DNA from: Octopus sinensis
Lineage: Eukaryota
Length of the DNA: 64,000 bases
Direction of reading: 5' to 3'
Assembly: GCF_006345805.1 (NCBI RefSeq)
Contig: NC_043000.1
Coordinates: 56,730,001-56,794,000 of the forward strand
Both the position numbers and the translations under genes were made by a program. The notes beneath the pieces were generated by a model. It did not search any database and was not told the origin of the DNA. It saw only the letters and a list, made by a program, of their open reading frames with translations. Of the stretch, positions 13,960-25,404 are shown piece after piece (position 1 is the first letter of the stretch; each line of letters starts with the position of its first letter).

Positions 13960-14600
13960 AGGATGTTGTCTTGAGGTTTGGTGACAAGTCTCTTCAAATT
14001 TCAAAAGTTCTTCTTAGGGTTCTTCCAGAATACAAAGAGGAACTTTGCTCCAAGTCAACAATGCATGTCTCAATCCCAATATCCTTCCGCCTTTTAAGCA
14101 GCAGTTACCTCAGGGGCAATTGTTACCTTTGTCTTCCACAATCTCTACATCTCTGGCTAGGTTCTGACATTCCTTGATTTCTTTGACATCCTGTCTATTA
14201 TCATTTGGTATTGCAAAGTTTATGAGCTAACATTAGTTTATTTTTACTTTTTTTTATCCTTCACAATTATGTCAAGGCTCTTTGCTCTTTGACTGATCTT
14301 TCATCAACAATGTTGACTTTCCCTCTACAATCCACTCTGGAACTGTACCGCTCTGTAGCCAATTGTTTAATTGCAACGCAATTCACTTGTGTGTTGACCT
14401 GAACCACTTGAGCCAGTAGCCTTGAGTTCTGTCTGGTCCTGCCACTTTCCAGTTTGGCAGTCTTGATGCATTTGCAATTACATCTGCTGTTGTTATATGC
14501 ACATGACCCATATCATGGAACCTTCGGGTGATGGAGTTCAGATCACACAGAATTAATCCACTCAGCACTATGGTTGTGGGAAACAGCTGTGTAAAGAAGT
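13960..14600 (-). pseudogene. R4/Dong-clade non-LTR retrotransposon relic, internally deleted
   Basis: ITTADVIANASRLPNWKVAGPDRTQGYWLKWF..IALQLNNWLQSGTVPEWIVEGKSTLLMKD (start of RT) joined to INFAIPNDNRQDVKEIKECQNLA..RLWKTKV..IGIETCIVDLEQSSSLYSGRTLRR (REL endonuclease C-terminus). Confidence 0.75.
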
Positions 14601-15020
14601 GCTGATCTCTAACTGTGCAGGGAACTGTGCAGCCCCTCAGCCTGCCAGCCATGGCAAAACCATCGAACCCATGCCAGTATGGACAATGGACGTTAAATGA
14701 TGATTATGATGATGAAGATTATTTATGTAATCTAGTAAATTAATAAATTAACACTAAATTAATACTAAATTAATACTAGACTGGTCAAACTGTCTCTCTT
14801 TGCAAATTAATTCTATCTTAGAAGCCATATTTTACTTCAATGCTAACTTCTTTGACAAACTTATTTTATCATTCATTTCTTTATTATTTAATATAAATCT
14901 TTCTGATTATTTGGTATCTTATGTTTTTCTTTTTCAATTTTTTCCATTGTCTTTTTATTCTACTGCATTTATTTATTGTTTTTGCTTCTAAATTTGTACT
15001 ATTCTATGGCCAGTGCTCCC

Positions 15021-15250
15021 TTAATCCTTTTGATACCAACCTGCCTGAAACTGCCTTTAGCTCTGTAATACAAATGTCTTGTTTTCAAAATTTCTGTGTT
15101 AAAATCTTCCACCAAACTTTAGTCACAATTTATGTTCCTAACACTAGCTTAGTAATAACTAAGTTATTTTACTTAATTCTTTGTTATATCTAAAATTAAT
15201 TGAAAGAAATACAGAGCTTCTCAACAGAAATATGGTAGCAAAAGGGTTAA
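15021..15250. mobile_element. Second TTAA-ended MITE family
   Basis: ttaatccttttgatacc ... ggtagcaaaagggttaa; related copies at ~18900-19130 and 49135-49333. Confidence 0.7.
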
Positions 15251-15271
15251 AGTAAATCATAAATGGCAACA

Positions 15272-15371
15272 NNNNNNNNNNNNNNNNNNNNNNNNNNNNN
15301 NNNNNNNNNNNNNNNNNNNNNNNNNNNNNNNNNNNNNNNNNNNNNNNNNNNNNNNNNNNNNNNNNNNNNNN
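15272..15371. other. Assembly gap (100 N)
   Basis: Exactly 100 Ns, a placeholder; true distance unknown. Confidence 1.
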
Positions 15372-15500
15372 GACTGATAGAATAAATACTAGGCTTACAA
15401 AAATAAAGCCTCGGGGTGATTTGTTTGACTAAAGGCAGTGCTCCAGCATGACCATAGTCAAATGACTGAAACAAATAAAAGAATAAAAGAATATATATAT

Positions 15501-15573
<73 letters not shown>

Positions 15574-15619
15574 ACATATTGGTGAATTGAAGAACGCAGA
15601 TTGAACAGAAATCGTTTTA

Positions 15620-15709
15620 TTTCATTCTACACGTGTTTCGAAAGGCACAAATTACCAAAATCCGATTGAATAATGGGACCATATTGTGTCTTTCTCTTCA
15701 GGAAGAAAA
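15620..15709 (-). ncRNA. Type-I hammerhead ribozyme (minimal, PLE type)
   Basis: Reverse complement of the 17303-17391 motif, identical in the core: CUGAAGA 15701-15695, GAAA, CACGUG, GUA site (predicted cut between 15628 and 15627). Confidence 0.85.
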
Positions 15710-16319
15710 AAGGAAATCCGTTGGAAAAACAAAAACAGAACAGAGGCAGAGCAAAAAACAAATCGAACTGTGCTCCTAAGAGCCCATGGCGAAACTGTTT
15801 ATCAGTGTATGTTGAGAACCGGTGGCTGAAGAATTCAACAGGTCAGGCATCGGTCAAACATGTGGGTGAGGGTGTATAGATGTTCTTTGTGACCGAGAAT
15901 AAAGTTCTGACTATTTAAAGAATATTGGATGTTTTATAAGGGGCGAGAAAAAATCTACTTAGAGACGTGTGTGTGTGTATACTGTTCTATATATGTGTGT
16001 GTTGGCGTAGGGGAAAAAAACATTTTTTGTGTACGTGTGTGCGTTTGATCGTTCGGCTGTCAGTGGCTACTGCCGTGATAACCGTTGGGTGGCAGAAAGA
16101 AAAAAAATAAAGAAATTATATATATATATTTTATGTTTTATGTGTGGGTGTGTGTGTTTTCATCTAAGCCTACCTTGACAAGGAAACCCCCCGCTGTGAA
16201 AAAACAAGCCCCGTTTGTCTTACAGGAGTAATATCCCTTGCAGTGGTTAATTGTAGATATCTTAAAATCTATTTCAGATTTGTTACCAGGGCTATGGGTG
16301 CCGGTCTTATTTATAAACG

Positions 16320-17250
16320 CTATTTAAAGGCCAGATAAGTGTAACGCCGCCAATGGGGGCATCGAAAAGCCGACTGTAAGAGCCCGTTTACCATCCGGCC
16401 TCTGGCAAACAAAATATAGAAGAGTTCGGAGACACAAAGGTTGCACTGTCTTCTGCCCCTATCAAATGGGAGGGCCACCGACAAAATTGACCATTCCAGC
16501 CTATAGCTTAAGTTCGCTTCCTTCAGTCGCCATATTAGCTTACTGAGTCCCGTGGTCTGGCGCTTGTTCACGTCCCGAAAAGTTGCGTAATGGTTGGAGA
16601 CACTAAAGACAATCTTGAGGATGATGCCCCTATATAAGTGAAGGCATCTGAGTCCGTGTAAACCTTGCATTGGTAGACGGCGTTTTTGATCTTGGAGTTC
16701 GCCGACGTGAATCTTACTCTGCTAGGATTGGTTTCTGAAATTAGAACTGCGTTCCTGTCACTATATTCGTTCCGAGACCTGCAGCCGCTTACTACTCTAT
16801 TTTCCACTACGTCACTATTAACTATAGGAATAACCCCTGATTCTCCACTATCTATCAGAGTGCTGTCATTGCTACTGCCCGTGGTACTGCTATTGCGGGA
16901 CATGATGCTGGGGATGCTAAAGGGGCTCTCTACCTTACTCCCATTGTTACCATCAACCACAACACCCCTATTTATAACTATACCCCTAGTGGGTACTCCC
17001 TGGCTGGAGCTGAGATTATGTGTCACTGTACTGGCTCTCATATCATTATTACTACTATAATTATTCCTACTGAGCATTAAGCCGGGAGCGGAAGAGGCTG
17101 TGCCTCCGAAAAAGGTGATAGGGTCTTAGTAAGTAGCCTATTATTATGGGAGGCGATTATCTGGGCGAGGTTTTTTAGTGTTGGAGAAAGCTATCCTAAC
17201 TTTATGTGAGTTAACCGGGGAGTAATATTTGGAATTTCTGGGGAAGTTAT
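16320..17250 (-). pseudogene. PLE ORF C-terminus: thumb/linker and GIY-YIG endonuclease, frameshifted
   Basis: KHNFPRNSKYYSPVNSHKVRIAFSNTK(fs)NLAQIIASHNNRLL ... KNAVYQCKVYTDSDAFTYIGASS(fs) ... NHYATFRDVNKRQTTGLSKLIWRLKE..LEWSIL..PFDRGRRQCNLCVSELFYIL..RCPHWRRY; no RT catalytic motif present. Confidence 0.85.
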
Positions 17251-17302
17251 GTTTTTTTGCTCTGCCTCTGTTCTGTTTTTGTTTTTCCAACGGATTTCCT
17301 TT

Positions 17303-17391
17303 TTTCTTCCTGAAGAGAAAGACACAATATGGTCCCATTATTCAATCGGATTTTGGTAATTTGTGCCTTTCGAAACACGTGTAGAATGAAA
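17303..17391 (+). ncRNA. Type-I hammerhead ribozyme (minimal, PLE type), fully canonical core
   Basis: Stem I UUUC-UUC/GAA(U)GAAA; CUGAAGA 17310-17316; stem II GAAAG.CACAA/UUGUG.CUUUC; GAAA 17372-17375; stem III A-U, C-G with ACGU loop (palindrome ACACGUGU); GUA site, predicted cut after 17383. Confidence 0.87.
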
Positions 17392-17594
17392 TAAAACGAT
17401 TTCTGTTCAATCTGCGTTCAGCTCCATTTCTTCAATTCACCATAAGTTTTAATTTCAATTATCCGCACCAACGCACGGTTGCAACGCCAGATGGTTGTAC
17501 CTCCAACCGTGCTGTTCACTGCTGTGATTTTTGCTACTAAGGTATCGGTTAAACTTTTGATTAATCTACTACAAGATTATTCATCTTTCTATTT

Positions 17595-17631
<37 letters not shown>

Positions 17632-17809
17632 CAGCAAAATCAAGGAACGGCCATAATAGGCCATTCACCCACTAGAAATAACAGCCAAAGCTTCAACCGC
17701 AAAACAACATCAATTCCGCAAACAGGAGAAAATGAAAAAACATTTACCCTGTAGTTCCTTATACGATGCACCGTTTCATCTATTGTTTAATGGTAAACTA
17801 TATATATAT

Positions 17810-17840
<31 letters not shown>

Positions 17841-20800
17841 CATAGAGAGAGAGAGAGAGAGAGGTTAAGGAAAGGGAAAAAAATATCTAAAACTGTCCAA
17901 CAATAATTTTAATTCTAATGTGATTATTCTAAACTTTCACTTGAAAATCACATTTAAGAGTATTTGGGGACGAATTGACCTAGGGATGAATTGATCAATG
18001 AATTGAATGGGGACAAATTAACCAATGACAAAATAGCCAAGGACGAATTGTCCAAGCACCTTATGAAGTGCATCTAACAGTAGAAGGGCAAATCAAAAAG
18101 GAAACTCAGAAATGAGATGTGGTCTTCCTACCCATCTGTGAGTACACCAACAACCTGCTCAACCAATGCCACAACAGAAAGCAGATACAAAATTACAATG
18201 ACAACAGTGGTGGTGGTGGTGGTGGCGGTGGTGGTGACAGTGATAGTGGTGATGATGATGATGACAGTGGTAGTGGTGGTGGTGATGATGATGATGATTG
18301 TAACGGTTGGAATATCTTTAAGCTCATAAATCCACTTAGTCAGGGACAACATGTGGCATAACAACAACTACAACCACAACTAATGTTGCCGCCACTACTA
18401 CTACTACTACTACTACTATTCATTAAAAACAGATATTATGAATGAACACTGGCAGCTGCTGTGAAGTGCGGGGTGTTGTTGAAATGTTTAGCTCAACAAC
18501 AGTATAATTTAGCTTTTGAATAGTTAAATGTATTAGCTGTACATTTTTGAAAGGAGTTACCTTCCAGACAATATAATTTAAAGCAACATAGTTATTATAT
18601 ATAATAGTCATAATAGCTATTATGAATGTTGCCAGATGTTATTCACTTGAAACAGTCAAATGACTGACTATCAAAAGAATTTACAGCAAGACTAGTTGCA
18701 GAGCAGTGTCAGGAGTTGAAGTAGTAAATGAAAATTGAATATTTTGGTGAAAGTAATATTTCATGGCGAGTCACATTTTGCCAGATCGATACAGTGTCAG
18801 ACTAGCAGCAGAAGGGTCAAAAGTTCATGCATTGTCCACCAATGATGCATTAGGTCCATGGTGAAGACACTTAACTCTCAACAATATCAACCTCTAATAC
18901 TTTCGATACCAACCCACTTCAGTCCAACCCTGGTACTATAATGCAAAACTGTCTGTTTTAAAGTGTTTATATTTAAATTACATCTTTTTGTCGTAATTTT
19001 ATGTCAGAATCTTTTGTTTAGATATGTTTCAAACACCAGCTTAACTCTTCTGTAAATGTATTTCAAAGAAGAATATACTAGCTTTGTGTTTTAATAATTT
19101 AATAATCAAGTATCATAACAGGTTTAGGGAAATATCTCATTTTCAACTTAGACCTTTAACATTCAGATTACTCTGTCAAATGCAAAGCTTATTTATTCAC
19201 TCACACTATGCATTATTTTGTAGCTTCAAGATTTCAATTACCTGACTGGTTTATAATTAGAATGACACTGTAGGGTAAGTGCAAGAGACTAGATCTGGCC
19301 AGTTCAAATCTAAAACTAAAACAGACAGAATATTTGGGACCCAATATGGCTAGTTTCGGTGCTAGAGGGTTACTAAAAGACAAATGTATACATAGAGAAA
19401 TGATGAATAACATAATGAGATTTTGAACCAAAATCTGAATTTAAATTTGAACATTTGAATGTGTGTTGTTTGAGGCAGGTTGGTGTTTGAAGTGTTAATC
19501 ACGAAGTCCATCCAAGAAAGGGAATATAACCAGCTAATGTTGTATAGCTCTTTAGCATTTAAACTGGCTGTATCAGGCCTAAATATTCTGTTTAATGTTC
19601 AAACTGGCTAAATTCAGCCTCTCACATCTAATCCTACATCATTCATCATCATCATCCTCATCATCATTGATCAGCGTGCATCTTCCAAGCAGGCATGAGT
19701 GAGATGGTGTGACAGGAGCTGGCCAGGCTTCAGAAGACTGCACCATCCTTCTGTATCTGTTTTAGCATGGTTTTTATGGCTGGATGCCCTTCCTAACACC
19801 AACCACCCTGTAGAGTGGACTGAGTGCTTTTTAGAGAAAAAAAGAGAGGGAAAGAGAGAGGGGGAAGAGAGAGGGGAGGGAGAGAGTTAACAAGAAAGAG
19901 GACAGAAACAGGTGTGCTGCTGCAAAAGGATACTTGGTTACCTAGCCAGTGAAATCTTGAAGTTATCAGATAATGCAGGATCAATTCATAAGAACAAGAA
20001 TAAATAAGCATTTCATTTTACACTTTTACAGGTCTCAGTCATTTTGACTGTGGCCATGCTGGAGCACCACCTTTTAATCAAAGAAATAAACCCCTGTACT
20101 TATTATTTATAAGCCTGGTACTTATTCTATTGGTCTCTTTTGCCGAACTGCTACATTACAGGGTCATAAACACACCAAGATCAGTTGTCAAGCAATGGTG
20201 GAAGGACAAACGCACACATACATACATATCCACACACATGAAAAAGACATATGCACTAGTGCACACACATGAATGCACATATACCTCCCACACATGCATG
20301 CACATATACACACACACATGCACACACACACACACATGCATACACACACCCACTTCTTAACCACACAGCCATGCTGTGTGGTTAAGAGGTTCATTTCCTA
20401 ACTAAGTGGTCTCAGGTTCAGCTCCCCACATGACATATTGGTTAAGTATCCTCTATTATAGCTGTAGGTTGACCAATGCCCTGGTGGTTGACCTGTGAGT
20501 GAAATTGGTACACAAAAGCTCTATGGAAATCTATTGTGCATGTGTGCAAACATGCATGTATGTATATGTGCATAAGCATGTATGCATGTAGGCAGCTAGG
20601 TGAGTGAGTAAGTAGGCAGGCAGGTAATGTTTGTACACGTCTATCTCAGTGTCTCTACATTTGCAAGAAACAGAAATTGCTAAGATAGATTGGTACCAAA
20701 CCAAAACACTAGAATGAATAAATACTGAGGTTAATATAATTAACCAAAACACAAACGTTTCAATGTAGTGCCTCAAGATGGCTGCAGTCCAATGACTAAA

Positions 20801-21482
20801 TCAAGTAACACAGTAAAACGGTAAAACAATGTATATTCCTTCCACAGCACAATGATTGACCATGTGTGTAGTCAAAAGAACCAAATGATGCAACAGCTCT
20901 GCTCAGCAAGATAATGCCAAAGGGTTCTTCATTCCAATTTTTTTTTTAAATTTTATTTCTTTGTTTTTGCATAAATAATAAAGCAACAAAAGTTAAATTA
21001 TGACAAAAATAAAAACATCAAAAAATGTAATTAAAATATAAAAATATTATTGCCCATAGCTAAACACAAAATATTCTATCTGATACACATATACACAACA
21101 TACTCATCTATATACACATAACACATACGCATACATATATAAATACAATATACACACAAATAGTGAGAGACAACAATAATAATAATGATAATATTTTTCT
21201 TTTCTAATGAGTTAACAAAATAATCAAGTTTAAATTTACAGAAGGAAATTTTTTGTCTTTTTTTTGTTATTTATATGATTATTTGTGTTGTTTGCTTAAA
21301 TTTCGCTTTCATTTTCTCTTGCTTTTTTCTTGTTTATTTTTTCCATTACTTTTCATTTCATTTTGCATTCTTTTTTAAATTGTTATATCATTGTTGGTGG
21401 TGATGGTCAGGATGAGATGATGGTGATGGTAAGGAAGAGGAGGAATAACAATGACAATAGTAGTAGTAGTAGTAGTAGTAGT

Positions 21483-21514
<32 letters not shown>

Positions 21515-21735
21515 TAATGATAATGGTTTCAAATTTTTCCATAAGGGCAGCAATTTTGGGGGAGGGGATGATTCTATTACATCGACCCTAGTGTTCAACT
21601 GGTACTTATTTTATCAACCCCGAAAGGATGAAAGGCAAAGTCAACCTCAGCAGAATTTGAACTCAGAACGTAGCAGCAGACAAAATAATGCTTAGCATTT
21701 CACCCGGCATGTTAATAATTCTGCCAGCTCACCAC

Positions 21736-21800
<65 letters not shown>

Positions 21801-24248
21801 TAATTTGAATTATTCAATACAAGCTGCTGAAGAAAATCTTATTACCCAAAAACAAGTCTCCAGAATGCAAATAGAATGTTACGATGATAAAAGAGAAGGC
21901 AGAAAGATGGAAAGAAAATCTATTTTTGTGATATCTTTGTATTATTTTTAACAAGACTAATAACTAGAGAGAGAGAGGCCACCAGGGAATCAAAGGTCAT
22001 GTGAATTATAAAATCAATATATTATGCAAACATTGGAAACTAGTTTGTACTATCAGTATCATGTTTCTTTTTCTCCTCCTCCTCCTCTTTCTTCATCATC
22101 ATCTAGTTCTTTGGATATCCCAAAATCTACAGATTTAGCAGCTGCAGGAGTCCTAGATTCTTTATCAACCCCTCATTGCCCATTGTTTTCAATGTTACCC
22201 AAAGATCTTGTACATGTTTGTGGAATCTTGTTGATGTTGTTTTTGTGTGCATAGTGTTATGCGTATGTGTGTATGTGTGTTTGTATGCAATTAGATATGC
22301 AGAGGATTAGTAGTTAAGATTTCTGGTTTTCACCCAGGTCAGTCATGAGCAAAGTATGGTCCACAGGACTTTCTGAATGGAACACCTAGTAATGCAACCC
22401 ATCTGATGCTGACCATGTCTTGTGGCCCACTTATTGAAAAAGGTAATCTATACTTGACCTACATAATTGAGATTTGTTTCTGCAAAATATGAACATCTAT
22501 TTTCAAGGATACAATCATGGACAAGTGGTCTTAAGAAGTTCAATTTCCAATCATGAAGTAAGAGCTTTGATTTTGCTCCGCAGCTCTTTGAGCAAGAGTC
22601 TTCTGTTATAGCTTCAGATCAAGCCAAAGCTTGTGAGAGAAACTAAGATAGACAGAAACTGATTGAAAGCCTATCAAAGTGTACTTGCAATTCAAAGAGC
22701 CAGCCTTCAAATGACACCACCCCACTGGCTAGGCAACATCCCCACCTAATCAAAAAGGTGACCTAGGAAATATGAAATGAAGTGTTTTGCTCAAGAACAC
22801 AATGTACTGCCCAGTGCTACCAATCTCACTGAAAACTACATTAATGCTCAGCCACTTACAATATTTTTCAATGAGGAACAGCCCCATTGATCCAACAGCT
22901 GGAATGCTCATTGTTGCTGAGACCAACACAGGAAAATCTATCTACTTTATTTACATTTTTTTTGTGTATTTAGAAAGATCTGTGGTATGTCTGTCACTTT
23001 TGTCGTTTGCTCATTTTTCAGTCATTGTTCTGCGGCTGTGCTTAGGTACCACTTTGAAGGCATTAGTTGAATAAATTGACCCCAGTACTTATTTTTTAAG
23101 TATGGTGATTATTTTATCAGTCTCTATTGCCGAAGCACTATGTTATGGGGATGTAAACAAACCAATACTAGCTGTCAAATGGTAATGGGGGGACAAACAC
23201 AACACAAACGCACACATACACATACACACACACGATGGGCTTCTTATAGTTTCCATCTACCAAATTTACTCACAAGGCATTGGTTGGCCTGGTACTATAG
23301 TAGAAGACACTTGCTCAGGTGCCAAGCAATGGGACTGAACCCAGAACCATGTGGTTGGGAAACAATCTTCTTTACAACACAAACACCCAGGAACCAAAAC
23401 AAAAAAAGAAGGAACACAACAAAAACGCTGGCTGGTCACTGCTGGAAGATACTTCAAGCATAGCTCTACTTCATGAATTCTGACTTAGAAGTCAAAGAAC
23501 AATATCAAACGATACCAAAATTTATTTCAGAGAACCCTTTGGCTTGCAATGTAATAAATGTCAACAGAAGTACTATATAATTCCTTGCAATATGTACTTA
23601 TATTCCTTTATATTTCTCCCCATTGTGGAAGCAATAAAATAAATACCAGTAATGTACTGAGGTTGATCTAATTCATCATTCTCTCACCCAAAATGTTAGG
23701 CCTAATGGCAATACTAGAAATCATTACTACAAAATTATTATAAAGTATCAATTGAAATTGTTCTTTTTTTTTTTTTTTTTGGTGAAAGTGTTTGTTTTTT
23801 CAGTCTTATTTCAACTTTGAATTTCAATTTTGGTTTATATTATTTCTTTCTATTCAATACGCACAACTTCCATTACAGTTTATTAAAACATCTTTTGTCA
23901 ATTTGGAAGTTTAAACAAAAACAAAATAAAATAAAAATTAAGATGCAGAGAACCCATCAAATTTTCTAGATGAATATATGTGTACATTTGAAGAGTTCTG
24001 TCTTCTCCGTGTCAATATACAGACGTGTGTGTGTGTATATATACACACACACATATGTATATATCTGTGTGTATATCTGTGTGTGTACATAGACATATAT
24101 ATACACACACACACACTCACACACACATATACAGACATACACATTGAGAGAGACATGGAAAATGACAGAGTTGCAATATATAAATATGATGATATATATG
24201 TGTGTATATATAATATATATATATATAATATATATATATAATATATAT

Positions 24249-24289
<41 letters not shown>

Positions 24290-24356
24290 GGTAAAGCAAC
24301 AAAAGAAAGAAAGAGACCTTGATATTATGTAATAGAGGAATTTAAAAAAATGACCG

Positions 24357-24417
24357 GATAACTGAAGAGATGGTAGCGTGGATTTCCACCTCGCCATCTG
24401 GAACTCGGAGTTTTATC
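24357..24417 (+). ncRNA. Degenerate hammerhead motif
   Basis: Stem I GAUAA/UUAUC, CUGAAGA, stem II GAUGG/CCAUC with inner GUGGA/UCCAC, stem III ACUC-G-GAGU; the GAAA box reads (U)GGAA, so this copy is probably inactive. Confidence 0.6.
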
Positions 24418-24467
24418 ATGGCTACTAAATAATTGTCACATATTACATATACAGATATATATATAAT

Positions 24468-24866
24468 AAATTAAAAGGGTGGCTTATTAGCAGTTAGAAC
24501 CTAAAGGCAAGAGGTCATAAAAGTGACAGATGGTACTGACTAGCACTACTTTTCCTGAAAATAAGGTTCTAATTGCTAATAAGCCACCCTTTTAATTTGT
24601 TGTTTACACTTTCACCATTTTGAAAATCAGTACATGTCTTCAATGGATTTTCTTATAAGACTGACAGAGGTAGGTGAGTTTAACCCTAGGCATTAAGAGT
24701 CACTGATGAGGATTAAGATGGTTGACATCAAAATCCGAAATCGCGATCCAACTATGTATGCTGGGAACTTACCTCCCTTTGTCTGTCCTTTTGTAGTTTG
24801 AAGTTGTTTTAACTCTAAATTTTAGCAAAAGCAATGCTAGTCAGTATCAGTCATTTTTGTGACCTC
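24468..24866 (+). mobile_element. Non-coding HHR element: ~311-nt unit plus inverted copy of its end-start junction
   Basis: 24468-24502 is the reverse complement of 24564-24598 (34/35); 24511-24553 is the reverse complement of 24827-24866 (~80%); HHR at 24698-24755. Confidence 0.7.
24698..24755 (+). ncRNA. Type-I hammerhead with intact core and decayed stem I
   Basis: CUGAUGA 24703-24709; stem II GGAUU/AAUCC plus GAUG/CAUC; GAAA; stem III A-U, U-A, loop CGCG (palindrome AUCGCGAU); AUC site. Stem I agtca/caact is restored to agtcg/cgact by reverting two CpG-type G>A changes. Confidence 0.72.
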
Positions 24867-24876
24867 TCTCTCTCTC

Positions 24877-24939
<63 letters not shown>

Positions 24940-24970
24940 TTATCAAAAGAAAACAGATGCAAAGGATTTA

Positions 24971-25057
24971 GCGGTACATATGTTTCTGGCTTTATTGGAC
25001 AGTTTAAATCAATGCATAATTGATGTAACATGTATGTCAATAGCCTTCTTCAGCTGC
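24971..25057 (-). ncRNA. Hammerhead motif, left arm of palindrome
   Basis: Same core as 25116-25202; stem I has one mismatch (GCAG/CCGC). Confidence 0.65.
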
Positions 25058-25115
25058 GCACAATTACCACACCAAAGACATGTATTACATTATGTCTTTG
25101 GTGTGGTAATTGTGC

Positions 25116-25202
25116 GCAGCTGAAGAAGGCTATTGGCATACATGTTACATCAATTATGCATTGATATAAACTTTCCAATAAAGCCAGAAACATATGTACT
25201 GC
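25116..25202 (+). ncRNA. Hammerhead motif, right arm of palindrome
   Basis: Stem I GCAG/CUGC; CUGAAGA 25120-25126; A; stem II GGC-UAUUGG/CCAAUA-AA-GCC with inner AUCAAU/AUUGAU; A; GAAA 25187-25190; palindromic stem III ACAUAUGU; GUA site, predicted cut after 25198. Confidence 0.75.
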
Positions 25203-25308
25203 TAAATCCTTTGCATCCTGTTTTTCTTTTGATAAATATACCCTATCACCTACACCACTAACTGGCATATACAGGTGCTTACAATTATCAAGTATTCACC
25301 CTGAATTT

Positions 25309-25404
<96 letters not shown>

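Larger units (their letters stand above)
15580..17597 (-). mobile_element. 5'-truncated Penelope-like element with inverted pseudo-LTR
   Basis: ~180-bp inverted repeats (15580-15760 vs 17250-17442, near identical apart from an 11-bp deletion in the left arm) flank a truncated GIY-YIG ORF; each arm carries an HHR; (TA)n on both sides. Confidence 0.85.
24937..25238. mobile_element. Long palindrome made of two inverted HHR-bearing pLTR-like arms
   Basis: Arms 24937-25081 and 25092-25238 differ by 4 substitutions and 2 single-base indels; 10-nt spacer gtattacatt. Confidence 0.9.

Noticed and set aside
15247-15474. ORF spanning the N gap
   Set aside because: Artefact of the gap and flanking SINE sequence.
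18423-18611. ORF with YVALNYIVWK and an AAG|GTAACT donor
   Set aside because: No acceptor site and no recognisable homology.
22044-22260. Protein-like minus-strand frame (GVDKESRTPAAAKSVDFGISKELDDDEE)
   Set aside because: In-frame TGA immediately upstream, no acceptor site, partly trinucleotide repeat; not recognised.
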